From NCBI GenBank assembly GCA_903913885.1, contig CAIWMX010000125.1, positions 71,461 through 135,460 of the forward strand: a stretch of DNA of 64,000 nt, in the 5' to 3' direction. Positions 1 through 9,867 of the stretch are shown here, in pieces. How positions within the stretch are numbered: the stretch's first letter is position 1; each line of letters starts with the position of its first letter. The notes beneath the pieces are model-generated. The model was not told the DNA's origin and did no database searches. It saw only the letters and a program-made list of their open reading frames with translations. Position numbers and translations under genes: made by a program. The stretch is from an uncultured Bacteroidales bacterium. GTDB lineage: Bacteria; Bacteroidota; Bacteroidia; Bacteroidales; FEN-979.

Positions 1-806
1 GAATAAGCTCCACCTTTTTGGTTTGCCGCGCCGTTGTCAGCAGCGCCATCCAGATTCTCATTCTCCTTTTGCAGTTCATTAAAATACCTTGCCACGCCAG
101 GGGAAGGAGCCGGTATGTTTGCCCATGGACCTTTTACAGGATCCATTGATTTAAACCAGTATGTTGCACCATACAGGTAATAGTTCCTGTCCTGCATATC
201 ATAAAGCACCAGGAAGGGGGTATTCATGGCCCGTTTTATCCCGCTGTTTTCAATCTCTCTGAGAACTGGTTCGTGGTCAAAAATAAGCAGTACCGAATGT
301 TGCCTGGAGAATATGATATCCGGGGGATCGTTTTTAAAGTTGGATGATTTACGCGCCGCCACCTGGTTCAGTGCCAGGGTAGCCTTTAACTCCTCCATAG
401 AGAATTCCATGTTCCAGCTGGTGGTTTCCTCCTCCAGGATTTTAGTGAAATTCCCGACTTTTGCGGGATTCATCGTATCGATCCCCGGGAACCTGATATT
501 CATTATGTTTACATCATAGATGGTACAGATGCCTGATTCGCGGTCGGTACTGAACCGGGAATCCGTCCATACTGCCCCGAACACCGGTGTTGGGGTCTTG
601 GATGTTGTGAACGACATGGCTGCCCTTGCATAAATATGATCCCCCTTGATTGAATCAGGCTGTGGCTGATACATAATGATGGTGGATTTCGCCGTTTTTA
701 TTTCCTTGGGCCAGTTGCCTTCTGCCATCAGGAAAACGGGAAGAAACATAATCGCAGCGAGTAAAACCCGGTTTACAAACGCCCGTCTTGAAATGAAAAT
801 CTTCAT
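1..806 (-). CDS. secreted hypothetical protein (3' end lies outside the window)
   Basis: Absent from the ORF track because it runs off the window edge. ATG at 806..804 on the minus strand; hand translation is stop-free down to base 1 (MKIFISRRAFVNRVLLAAIMFLPVFLMAEGNWPKE...). Signal-peptide-like N-terminus. No family recognised. Confidence 0.6.
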   Translation of the reverse strand, partial: MKIFISRRAFVNRVLLAAIMFLPVFLMAEGNWPKEIKTAKSTIIMYQPQPDSIKGDHIYARAAMSFTTSKTPTPVFGAVWTDSRFSTDRESGICTIYDVNIMNIRFPGIDTMNPAKVGNFTKILEEETTSWNMEFSMEELKATLALNQVAARKSSNFKNDPPDIIFSRQHSVLLIFDHEPVLREIENSGIKRAMNTPFLVLYDMQDRNYYLYGATYWFKSMDPVKGPWANIPAPSPGVARYFNELQKENENLDGAADNGAANQKGGAY

Positions 807-930
807 CGGAAAAAGTTTTTAATTGAACGAATGAACAATGGTCATGATAATAACACCAAAAATGTAACAATTATAATGCCAAAGTGCAATTTACAAAAAA
901 AGCGATACATTCATCTATCTTCATCCTGAA

Positions 931-1013
931 ATGTAAAAATGCGAAACGGGAAAACAGCACCGCCATTTCCCCATTTCGCATTTTCGCTACCTCGCTATTT
1001 CGCTACCTCGCTA
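931..1013. repeat. dispersed intergenic element, copy A, with an 11-bp inverted repeat and a 16-bp x2 tandem repeat
   Basis: Perfect inverted repeat aaaatgcgaaa (936-946) / tttcgcatttt (974-984). Followed by tttcgctacctcgcta x2 (982-997, 998-1013), whose last 3 nt are the stop codon of the 2236-aa gene. Shares aaaatgcgaaa, ccatttc and cattttgcta-like strings with the element at 54286-54345. Confidence 0.6.
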
Positions 1014-4000
1014 CTTATTAATGATTACCTTCTTCACCACCTGCTGACTGCTGTTCCTGATCACGACCAGGTACACGCCATTGGCGGCGGGCCTTAAGTC
1101 AATCAGTTCGTCGTAACGGCCGTTTACCACGATATCCTTCACCTCCCGGATCTGAACCCCCAGGTTGGTGAAAATGGTGATGGTAAATGTTTCCTCGGTT
1201 GCGCTGTTAAGCGAAACGGTGAATTTGCCGTCGTTGGGCACGGGATAAATGCTGAAGTTGCTGCTTTGCAGTTCCTGCTGACCGGTAACCACAACCCAAA
1301 CCTTGTTGGAAATGGGGGATGCACAGCCGCTGAGCGTCGCAACGCAGGTATAATAACCGGTATTGTGGGTTACGGTGTAGGATTGACCTGTTGCACCGGC
1401 AATGGCGTTTCCTTCGAAATACCACTGGTTTCCGGCAGGGGCGCTGCTTGTGAGCACATTGCCCGCAATTGTTACAACAGGTGCTGAGGGGATCGCGTGG
1501 ACGGAAACTGCAAAATTCGGGGATATGGTCCCGTTTCCGCAACTGTTGACACCAAGAACCGTAACGTTGCCTGAAACGGCCGAGGGACCGAATGTTAGGG
1601 TAATCGAACTGCTGTTCTGGCCCGAGGTGATGGTGGCACCGGTAGGGATCGACCAGGTATAGTTGGTGGCATTGGTGATGACAGGAACGGAATAGACATG
1701 GCCTGAAGAACCAAGGCAGACACTCGCATCGCCGGTAATAGCGGAAGCCGCAGCAGGAAGTGCATTTACAGTGACCGGGAAGTTCGGTGAAGCCGTTCCG
1801 TTGCCGCACAGGTTATTCCCCGAAACGTTGATGTTGCCTGAAGTTGCATTACCGGCAAAATTCACAGTGATGGCATTGGTGTTGGCACCTGAAGCAATTA
1901 CAGCGCCGGCGGGCACGTTCCATGCATAGGCAACGGCGCCTGAAATGGCACCAACAGAATAAGCAACCCCCTGTGCACCGCCGCAGACTGTTGCGGTTCC
2001 GGTTATAACACCAGCCGTACCAGGCGTACCGTTCACTGTCACATTCTGAACAGTTGGCGTAAGTGCCATACAGGCGTTGGTATTCGCATAGTTCACGCTT
2101 ACACTCTGGGCGCCGGTAGCGTTCCACGAAACCTGGATGGTATTTGTTCCCTGCCCTGAAGAAATAACGCCTCCGGGAGATACTGTCCATACATAGCCAC
2201 TCATGCCTGATTCGGTGGAATAGGCGATGTAGCCGGAATTGGCACAAACAGTGGTTTGCCCGGCAATCGTCGGCGAAGGAAGTGCGTTAACCGTTACGTT
2301 CATGACAGTTGCAGATGGTGCAAGACAGCCGGCAGCATTGGCGTAGTTAACTGTGACTGTCTTGGCCCCGGTGGTGGTCCATGTCACAGTAATGGAGCTG
2401 GTACCCTGGCCTGCTGTGATGTTCCCTCCTGCAGAAACAGTCCACACGTAGCCCGACTGGCCGGCCAGAGTGGAGTAGGTGTTGTTTGTCCACGATACAC
2501 AGGCAGTGGCTGATCCGGTGATCACAGGTACAGGAGAAGCATTTACGGTAATGTTCTTTACAAAAGGAGTAGCTGCAGAACATCCGAACGTGTTATTATA
2601 GTTGACACTAATGGTTTGTGCTCCAGGCGTATTCCAGGTAACGGTGATGGAATTGGTTCCTGTACCGGCGGTGATGGCCCCTCCGGCAGAAATGTTCCAG
2701 GAATAGCTCGACATCCCTGCTTCCGTGGTATAAACGTACCCGGCAGTCCCGGAACAGGTTGTTGCTGCCCCTGAGATGGTAATTACGGGAGCGACGCAGT
2801 TGGTGGCAAAGGTCTGGTCCTGACCGTAGGTGGTCCCGGCCGAATTGACGCCCACGCAACGGAAATGGTAGGTGCTGTTGATGGTCAGGCCGGTCAGGTT
2901 GGCCAGTACGGCTGTCCCTGTCATGCCGGTAACCGATCCCGGCGTGGCGCCGGTGGTGTTGCCATAAGCAACAGTTGGTCCCCATTGGAAGGTAACGGTA
3001 GTGGCGGCGTTGTTTGCGGTTACTGTTCCGTTCAGGGTGGCGGTAGTGCTGCCAACCGGGTTGGCAAAATTGGTGACAACCACAGGGAGGACTGCACCGG
3101 TTGTGAAGGTCATGTCATTTCCGTTGGTGGTGCCGGTGATATTGACCCCTTTTGCCCTGTAGTGATAGAGCTGGTTCGGTAAAAGTCCGGTTATTACTGA
3201 GGAAACATTCGTCACGATCGCACCTGTAACAGTTGACGGTGTTGAACTTACGACGGTTCCGTAGGCTGTTGTAGTGCCGTATTCAAAGGATGCCGTGGCG
3301 GTTCCGCCATTGGCGTTTACGGTTCCGTTGAGTGTGGCGCCGGAGGTGGTGACCGCGGTGGCTGCCGTAGTAACCACTGCAGGTGCGTCAGGGGCTGTGG
3401 TAAAGGTTTTATCGATGCCAAAAACTACTAAACCGCCGGAGGTAACCCCGCGGGCACGGTAGTGGTATGTTGTATTTCCGGCAAGTGCGGAAAGGCTGAG
3501 CGACATGCTGGTCAGGGTGTTGCCGGTGGCGGATGAGGGCAGGGCGGCAGTTGAAGTGCCGTAAGCGGTGGTGAGCCCCCAGTCGAAGAACAGGTTGAAT
3601 GTTGTACCGGCGGCATTGGCGGTTCCGTTGAGAACAGCCGAGTTATTGGTGATTCCGGAGGCGGCCGTCGTGCTGATCAGCGGGTTGACTGTGAACTCAT
3701 AGGCACCCAGGTCGGGGGGATTGGTACGGTTGGCGCCGGTGATATCCGTGGGAACGGAGGCAAAATACAACCCCGCGTGAGGCATGGAGACCGTGGTTGG
3801 CAGCAGGTTAGTGGCTGAAGTGAATACCGGGTCGAGGCTGAGCGAATTCGCATCCTGGCCGGTAGCAGTTTGCCAGTTGGCAAGGGTTAACTGATCAGCT
3901 GCGCCGTAATAGCCAACGTTGGGGCCGATGCCATCAACGAAATAATCGTTGTAGTTGAATGTCATGCCGGTTGGGTTTGTCCCGACATAAATGGCATAGG

Positions 4001-7000
4001 ATTTGGCGGCAGGGGTGCCTGAAGAGGGTTGTGAAGAATTCTTCAGGATGTTGTCGCGGATATCGACCTGGGAGATGTTGTTGTATAGCCCGATGCATCC
4101 CGAAGTCACAGATGCCGTGGGTGACATGTAGTTTCCACCCAGGAAGATGCTGTTGTGGTATATATGCAGGTTGCCTCCCGACTGGACATAGATCCCATAG
4201 GGTGAATATCCTGGAGATTTGATCGTGTAGATGACATTATCCGATATTTCATTTACCGTGTTAGCTTCACCGTTGTAAAAGATAGCGACAGCCGAATTGG
4301 CCCCGCCATACCAGTCGTGAAAAGTGTTTTTACGGATCTTTAGGTTTGTTGAACCCGTTGCGATATATAGCCCCATGACCGACTGGGGGGCAGTAAGGTT
4401 CCCGTTGATGGCCCCGATGATCTCGTTGCCTTCGATCAGCAAACTGTCGGCATTCTGGATCTCAACACCCCATTGCATGCCGGCCTGTGCATCGAGATTT
4501 GAACCGATGGTGTTGTTCGTCAACTGAACATTGGTGGTTTTATTTGAAGCAATGCCGAATATGGTAACAGGATATTTGGCGCTGTTCATGGAATTGTTAT
4601 TTAAGGTGATGTTATGATAGCCGGCATTTCCGGTGATGGTATACATGGTAAAGCACTGGGCATTATAGATGGCCTCTTTATGTGCCTGCAATACACAATT
4701 CTTGATCACAATATTCGATGCACCAATGATACCATTATTATAAAGGCCAATGGCTGCTGCATAGCCTGAACTGGCTGTATTCTGGAAAGTAAGGCTCCGG
4801 TCGGTCCCGCCGGCGGTGTTGGAACCGTCGATGATGACCCACTGGGCTCCGTAAAGGGTAATCTGGCTGTAATAGTTGGGTGTTACTCCAAGGTAGGATG
4901 CCGCAAATACGGGTGTTGCACCGGGTGCCGGTTTAATGGTAAGCGTGTTGGTTGCACTTGCTCCCGGAAGTTGCGGGATGATGATCGGGTAGGTTTCTGC
5001 AGCATAGGTATTATCGGTAAGGTACAGGGTTACCGGGCAGGTAAGGTCCTTGGTGCTGATATCTGCAACAGCGGCGGTGAGGGTTGGATAGGTCTGGCCA
5101 ACACCCACGTTGAACGAACCGCAGATTCCCTGGATGATCTTGTATTTATTGGGCGTGGTGGGGGCGGTGGTTGCCGACGGGGGATTGGCCGTGAAACCGG
5201 CCGCGCCCATGCCCGGGCTGGTGCCGACATTGGGGGTTGCAACATTATCCTGGGCAAGAACGTAATAGTAGACGGAGTCATTCAATACAACACCACCTCC
5301 GAAAGAAAAACTGTACTGGTTTCCGCCGAGTGACGTTCCAGTCACATAGGCCCAGGTGCCGTTGTAGAATTTCTTCCAGGCCAGGCGCGGGAGACCCACA
5401 CCCGAGGTGGGTACGCCATGCATATCAGTAATGGTGGCGGTCAGTGTCCGGTTGGTAAGCGACGATGTATTCAGCAAGGCTGAATAGAGGATAGCGGGTG
5501 GGGTGAGATCGAGTGGGATGCCGCCAAACTCATCGGCGCCCATATCCGGCGCGATCGGGGGATAAGAGGCGTTGACGGGAAACCCGGTGTTCGGGTAGCG
5601 TGCATCATTGTCAAAATCGGCCGTGATATTGGGAGAGGCCACGGTGATACCGGCGCTTTCAACCTGCGTGGCAATAGCCTGGTTGATATGGAGGTTCATG
5701 GAACCGGGGGTAATGCTGATGAAAGGCGGGTTTTCCGTAATGGACTGAGTCTCCCTGGGCGACATCCTGGTCTTGTAGGCTGCCAGGGTCTGGTCGCTGC
5801 TGGTGCCGTCGGTAAAAATCACGTTGGCCGGTCCCGGGGTCCCGGCATAAAAGTCGTTGTTATTCGACAACATGGAATACGTGAGGTAACTGTTCGAGGC
5901 AAACTTTAAGGCGGATGTCAGTCCAGTTCCTGATGGAACCGAAGTGTTGACAAGGATGTTGCCCCGGATGTCAACATTTGAAGGGCTGGTGCTGATATAA
6001 AGGGCTGCGGTGCCATAGTTGACGCCAGTTGAGGATGCATTCAGGTAGACCGTATTATCGTAGACATCCAGGTTTGTTGCACCGGAGGCGCCTCCGTAGA
6101 TGCCGTAAATTGCGGCTGCAGATGAAACTGCCGTGGTTTTCAGATCACCTACGAAATTGTTGTAGCAGATCATATCTCCTGTGGAAACACTGGACAGGTA
6201 AAGCCCGTAAACAACGGCAGAGGTGCCGGCGGTATTGAAATTCTGCAACTTGTTTTTATATACAGAGGTGGTGTAGGCGTTGCCGGTATATATCCCGTAA
6301 ATTGAACCGTTACCGCCAAGGAAATTGGTCAGGGTGTTGTTGTAGATATTCTTTGGACCTGAAGGGTTGTTCAGCACATACATGGCGTAGGTCAAACCAT
6401 TTGAAGCAAGGGTGTTGTTGTTGACGGTGTTGTTGAAAAAGTCGGATTGGTTCCCGCCCCCGTTTAAATAGAAGAAGTAAGTTGTTCCGGCGCCCAGAAC
6501 AGATTGCAGCCTGGTATTGCCAGTTGCCTGATTGTCATGGAACGACACGATCCCGGTTGTGTTCTGGCAACCGTTGAAATAGATGCCTTCGATGGTTCCT
6601 GTTGAGGTTGTTGTGGCGGAACCATAGGTGTTGTTGGTCACGAGGTTGTTGTAAACATTGCAGGCATTGCCTCCCCCGTTCAGGTACATGTAGTAGCAGG
6701 TTCCGGCGACCGCAGCCGTGTAAGTACAGTTTGTAACTGTGTTATTATAGGCATTCATTACAGTTGCACCGGTGTAAACATTTCCATGGGCATCCCAGAT
6801 TCCGTAAAAGGCGCCAGTACCGGCATATGCAATCGAAACCGTGTTGTTGTAGTAATCAATGTTGGCATTGTTGGCTGTGCCGATCTGAATCCCGGCACAG
6901 GTGCCGCTTCCGGCACACGGGCCGTTGACAATGTTGTTGGCGATCTTCTGGCCATTCTGGTAAATCGTGTAGATCCCGTTGTTTGCCACGGTGCTTCCGC

Positions 7001-7721
7001 CAAAGTTGCTGATGGTGTTGGCGCCATCCTTCCCGATCTCGAGGTTCTGGTCGTAATAAACATAAGGTGTGGCGGCATCGGCACACCCTGAAATCCAGAT
7101 GCCGTTGTAACAGTTCTGGATCGTGTTGCTGTAGATCTTGATATTGCTGTTGGCGCCGCTCAGGGCGGTCACGGTCAGCTGCGCGACGGGGGAGGAAGGG
7201 ATAACGTTGTTGGCATAAATGCCGACCGTTGCGGTGTTGGCCTTGCTCATGGTGATGTTACAATTCTTAATGGTCACGAATTGAGCACCATCTGTAGCGG
7301 AGTTCTTGAATATGGCATAGCCCCATTCAACAGTACCGGAAGGATCGGTCACATCGATCCCGTCGAATGTGATGTAGTCGGTGCCTTGCAGACAGATAAT
7401 CCATTCAACTGGCGAAGCAGTTCCGGCAGCAGCGGTGATTATCGGGTTTGCCCCTGTGCCGCTTTTTTTAAACATGATCGGGTTTGCTGAAGTTCCTGTT
7501 GTCGTTATCAGTCCGGAGTTCAGGGATGGAAACGTTTCAGTGTAACCGGCTGCAACGTTGAAGGTGACACCGCCGGAACCGATGCCGGAGGCATTCGCAG
7601 CCGTGATGGCCGCTGCAACGGTGGCATAGTCGCCGGGGATGGTTTTGATACCACTGATCTGACCGAATGTGGTCAGGCAAACAGTCAATAAAACAAACAA
7701 ACTGATAAAACACTTTTTCAT
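1011..7721 (-). CDS. giant T9SS-secreted surface protein (beta-helix region, FN3-like repeats, Cys-containing Ig/PKD-like repeats, C-terminal sorting domain)
   Basis: 2236-aa ORF with signal peptide MKKCFISLFVLLTVCLTTFGQ. Long N/G/T-rich region with NNT/YNN periodicity typical of right-handed parallel beta-helix adhesins. About 4 repeats ending ...YHYRA.G.N..G...G.D.TFTT. About 6-7 repeats of the form C..S..Y.Y.T..G.S.Y.W.VS.GG.I..GQGT.SITV.W...GA..V.VNY.N..GC. C-terminus (FSIYPVPNDGKFTVSL...GVYLVVIRN...KKVIINK) looks like a Por/T9SS sorting domain. Confidence 0.9.
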   Translation of the reverse strand: MKKCFISLFVLLTVCLTTFGQISGIKTIPGDYATVAAAITAANASGIGSGGVTFNVAAGYTETFPSLNSGLITTTGTSANPIMFKKSGTGANPIITAAAGTASPVEWIICLQGTDYITFDGIDVTDPSGTVEWGYAIFKNSATDGAQFVTIKNCNITMSKANTATVGIYANNVIPSSPVAQLTVTALSGANSNIKIYSNTIQNCYNGIWISGCADAATPYVYYDQNLEIGKDGANTISNFGGSTVANNGIYTIYQNGQKIANNIVNGPCAGSGTCAGIQIGTANNANIDYYNNTVSIAYAGTGAFYGIWDAHGNVYTGATVMNAYNNTVTNCTYTAAVAGTCYYMYLNGGGNACNVYNNLVTNNTYGSATTTSTGTIEGIYFNGCQNTTGIVSFHDNQATGNTRLQSVLGAGTTYFFYLNGGGNQSDFFNNTVNNNTLASNGLTYAMYVLNNPSGPKNIYNNTLTNFLGGNGSIYGIYTGNAYTTSVYKNKLQNFNTAGTSAVVYGLYLSSVSTGDMICYNNFVGDLKTTAVSSAAAIYGIYGGASGATNLDVYDNTVYLNASSTGVNYGTAALYISTSPSNVDIRGNILVNTSVPSGTGLTSALKFASNSYLTYSMLSNNNDFYAGTPGPANVIFTDGTSSDQTLAAYKTRMSPRETQSITENPPFISITPGSMNLHINQAIATQVESAGITVASPNITADFDNDARYPNTGFPVNASYPPIAPDMGADEFGGIPLDLTPPAILYSALLNTSSLTNRTLTATITDMHGVPTSGVGLPRLAWKKFYNGTWAYVTGTSLGGNQYSFSFGGGVVLNDSVYYYVLAQDNVATPNVGTSPGMGAAGFTANPPSATTAPTTPNKYKIIQGICGSFNVGVGQTYPTLTAAVADISTKDLTCPVTLYLTDNTYAAETYPIIIPQLPGASATNTLTIKPAPGATPVFAASYLGVTPNYYSQITLYGAQWVIIDGSNTAGGTDRSLTFQNTASSGYAAAIGLYNNGIIGASNIVIKNCVLQAHKEAIYNAQCFTMYTITGNAGYHNITLNNNSMNSAKYPVTIFGIASNKTTNVQLTNNTIGSNLDAQAGMQWGVEIQNADSLLIEGNEIIGAINGNLTAPQSVMGLYIATGSTNLKIRKNTFHDWYGGANSAVAIFYNGEANTVNEISDNVIYTIKSPGYSPYGIYVQSGGNLHIYHNSIFLGGNYMSPTASVTSGCIGLYNNISQVDIRDNILKNSSQPSSGTPAAKSYAIYVGTNPTGMTFNYNDYFVDGIGPNVGYYGAADQLTLANWQTATGQDANSLSLDPVFTSATNLLPTTVSMPHAGLYFASVPTDITGANRTNPPDLGAYEFTVNPLISTTAASGITNNSAVLNGTANAAGTTFNLFFDWGLTTAYGTSTAALPSSATGNTLTSMSLSLSALAGNTTYHYRARGVTSGGLVVFGIDKTFTTAPDAPAVVTTAATAVTTSGATLNGTVNANGGTATASFEYGTTTAYGTVVSSTPSTVTGAIVTNVSSVITGLLPNQLYHYRAKGVNITGTTNGNDMTFTTGAVLPVVVTNFANPVGSTTATLNGTVTANNAATTVTFQWGPTVAYGNTTGATPGSVTGMTGTAVLANLTGLTINSTYHFRCVGVNSAGTTYGQDQTFATNCVAPVITISGAATTCSGTAGYVYTTEAGMSSYSWNISAGGAITAGTGTNSITVTWNTPGAQTISVNYNNTFGCSAATPFVKNITVNASPVPVITGSATACVSWTNNTYSTLAGQSGYVWTVSAGGNITAGQGTSSITVTWTTTGAKTVTVNYANAAGCLAPSATVMNVTVNALPSPTIAGQTTVCANSGYIAYSTESGMSGYVWTVSPGGVISSGQGTNTIQVSWNATGAQSVSVNYANTNACMALTPTVQNVTVNGTPGTAGVITGTATVCGGAQGVAYSVGAISGAVAYAWNVPAGAVIASGANTNAITVNFAGNATSGNINVSGNNLCGNGTASPNFPVTVNALPAAASAITGDASVCLGSSGHVYSVPVITNATNYTWSIPTGATITSGQNSSSITLTFGPSAVSGNVTVLGVNSCGNGTISPNFAVSVHAIPSAPVVTIAGNVLTSSAPAGNQWYFEGNAIAGATGQSYTVTHNTGYYTCVATLSGCASPISNKVWVVVTGQQELQSSNFSIYPVPNDGKFTVSLNSATEETFTITIFTNLGVQIREVKDIVVNGRYDELIDLRPAANGVYLVVIRNSSQQVVKKVIINK

Positions 7722-7736
7722 GGTTGGTTTTTTTGG

Positions 7737-7874
7737 TTAATGTTGGTTGTTTTCAATGATTTTCTTCAAAATGTCAATCTGGACCTTTTTTTTCTTCAAC
7801 TCTTTCCTGACCTTGTCCAACGTTTTGTCGGGAGGTAAATCTGATGGCGTTTTAATTATTTCAGCTTTTTTCAT
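7737..7874 (-). CDS. candidate 45-aa Lys-rich small protein upstream of the giant adhesin gene
   Basis: Below the ORF-track length cutoff. ATG at 7874..7872, stop at 7739..7737; MKKAEIIKTPSDLPPDKTLDKVRKELKKKKVQIDILKKIIENNQH. Lies between a TAnnTTTG box (7931..7924) and the adhesin ATG (7721). No homology evidence. Confidence 0.3.
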   Translation of the reverse strand: MKKAEIIKTPSDLPPDKTLDKVRKELKKKKVQIDILKKIIENNQH

Positions 7875-7923
7875 GGGCAGTAATTCCTTATTCAATGATT
7901 CCTGATCAAAAACAAATTCGGGG

Positions 7924-7931
7924 CAAATATA
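7924..7931 (-). promoter_or_regulatory. Bacteroidota-type -7 promoter box (TATATTTG)
   Basis: Minus-strand TATATTTG matches TAnnTTTG, about 50 nt upstream of the small ORF and about 200 nt upstream of the adhesin start. No good -33 TTTG at canonical spacing. Confidence 0.35.
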
Positions 7932-8062
7932 TGGGCAGGGACAAGGAATCCTTTCTAAAACCGGCTTAACAAAATCTTATGTCGGCCGGTTTCTGGTCTT
8001 AACAAATTCTAACATGATTGCCATACCACTGGTATTCATGTTTTTAAAAAAACGGGAAGTAA

Positions 8063-9808
8063 TCAGATTTGGGAAAGGAAGGAGACTAAATTGGTTTGGG
8101 AGCTCAGCATACCCAGTTTTTTTCTCAGGCGTGACCGTGCAACATCCAGCGAGGCGGGTCGCTGACCGGTAAGTTCGCAAATCTCCTTGGTTGAGAGGTT
8201 TAGTTTAAGTAACGCACACAATTTTAATTCGTTGGAAGAAAGGTCCGGAAATTTGAGCAGCAGCCGGTCATAAAAGCCGCTGTGGACTTGTCTGAACCGT
8301 ACTTCGAATTCATCCCATATTTCATCACCGGAACCCCGCTGGAGCCCTTTGATAAGTTGGAGGATATCCGATTTTATATCAGGTTCCGCAGCTTTCTGCT
8401 GGATCTCGATCAGCCGGTTGGTGTGTTCAACAAGAAATTCATTTTTTTTAAGCAGGTTCATCACGTTGATCGCAAGTTCCTTGTTTTTGAACTCAACCTC
8501 ATCGGAGAGCCGTTGTTTCTCAAGGCGGATATTCTTGGTTTTCACGATTTGCCTGGATAGAAACAGGATGGTGGTGATAAGTCCGGAAACAGCAAGAATG
8601 ATGAGGATGATGGTGATATAGTCCCTCCTTTGCTGTTTCATGGAATCCTCTTTGACCTTTTTATCATAGTTATATTCCAACTCCAGCAAAGTAAGCTTTG
8701 CCGTCGAATTTTCATTGTCGATGCTGTCTTTTTCAGTATTCCGGATCATTGCGTACTTATAGGCACTGTCGATTTTCCCGGCCGACAGGTAAAATTCCTG
8801 CAAAACAGTTGCCGACTGGAACACGGTTTCGCGCAATTTATACCTAACACCGTCGGTGTATGCCAGCAAGGCATATTTCAGCTCGTTTTGCGGATCGTTT
8901 ATATCCTTGTAGTAATCGGAAAAAACGAGGTGGCACAAAGCCAGGTTATGCCGGGAACCTACCGACGAATAGATGTCAATGGCCTTGTCGTAATTTGCCT
9001 TAAAATCGGTATACCTGGTGAGTTTCAGGTAGGCTGATCCCAGGTTCATGTAGTTGGTTGCAAGTCTGACTTTCAATCCCAGCCGGGTATGTATCCAGAT
9101 GGCTTCCTGGTAGCAGTCGATGGCCTGGTTTGTCTGGTCCCTCTCAACAAGCACCAGGCCGACATTGTTCACCACGTTGGCGATCTGGATGGAATCATTC
9201 CGTTCCCTGGCAATTTTCAGTGCCTTGGTATAGTAAATGTAGGCTTTGTTGAAATTACGCTGGTAGTAGCAGATGTTGCCGATGCCATTCAGGGCCTTCA
9301 CGGTACCCTCCTGGTCGCCGATCTCCTCAAACAAACGCAGTGCGGTAAAATGGGATTCATAACTATCGGCGTAATCTGCCTGGAAGATCCTGATCATTCC
9401 GATGATCAGGCAGGCTTCGCCAAGCGCCTTCTTGTTATCAAGCCTTCCGGCGAGTTCTCTGGCTTTCAGGGCCATTTCCATCCCCTGGGTTAATTGTGTT
9501 TTAAGGGCGCGGATTCGCCCTACTTCGATCATCGCCAGCAACTTCAGTTCCGGCAAATCGGCTTTGGATGCCAGGATCAATGCCCTGGAGGCAAAATCGA
9601 GGGCCTTGTCGGGGTCGGTTGCATTGAAGTGCCTGGTCGCTGCCAACAGGAGTTCGGCCTGCAGTTTTTTCGCGGGGGTGCCCCGTATGGTCTTTTCGAT
9701 GCTGTCGGTATAGCGGGCTTGCTCACCTGCAGTAACCATCCTGAACGAAATCAGGCAAAAGAATAACGCTAAGACAATAACCCTGTAAGACATACCAGCC
9801 CTGTTCAA
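8063..9808 (-). CDS. TPR-repeat / transmembrane / LuxR(GerE)-type HTH transcriptional regulator
   Basis: 581 aa with an N-terminal signal or TM segment and TPR-like repeats (ALNGIGNICYYQRNFNKAYIYYTKAL...). One internal TM (ITIILIILAVSGLITTILFL). C-terminal LSSNELKLCALLKLNLSTKEICELTGQRPASLDVARSRLRKKLG is a LuxR/GerE HTH. Confidence 0.85.
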   Translation of the reverse strand: MNRAGMSYRVIVLALFFCLISFRMVTAGEQARYTDSIEKTIRGTPAKKLQAELLLAATRHFNATDPDKALDFASRALILASKADLPELKLLAMIEVGRIRALKTQLTQGMEMALKARELAGRLDNKKALGEACLIIGMIRIFQADYADSYESHFTALRLFEEIGDQEGTVKALNGIGNICYYQRNFNKAYIYYTKALKIARERNDSIQIANVVNNVGLVLVERDQTNQAIDCYQEAIWIHTRLGLKVRLATNYMNLGSAYLKLTRYTDFKANYDKAIDIYSSVGSRHNLALCHLVFSDYYKDINDPQNELKYALLAYTDGVRYKLRETVFQSATVLQEFYLSAGKIDSAYKYAMIRNTEKDSIDNENSTAKLTLLELEYNYDKKVKEDSMKQQRRDYITIILIILAVSGLITTILFLSRQIVKTKNIRLEKQRLSDEVEFKNKELAINVMNLLKKNEFLVEHTNRLIEIQQKAAEPDIKSDILQLIKGLQRGSGDEIWDEFEVRFRQVHSGFYDRLLLKFPDLSSNELKLCALLKLNLSTKEICELTGQRPASLDVARSRLRKKLGMLSSQTNLVSFLSQI

Positions 9809-9867
9809 CCAAACAAAATTAACATTTCTTTGGAGGAAATAAAATAATTTTACTTCTCCGTACCCCC

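Noticed and set aside
1139-7490. About 25 short ORFs on both strands inside the 2236-aa gene
   Set aside because: All are nested in or antisense to one uninterrupted 6.7-kb ORF that has a signal peptide and a T9SS C-terminal domain. They are products of the repetitive GC-rich codon pattern.
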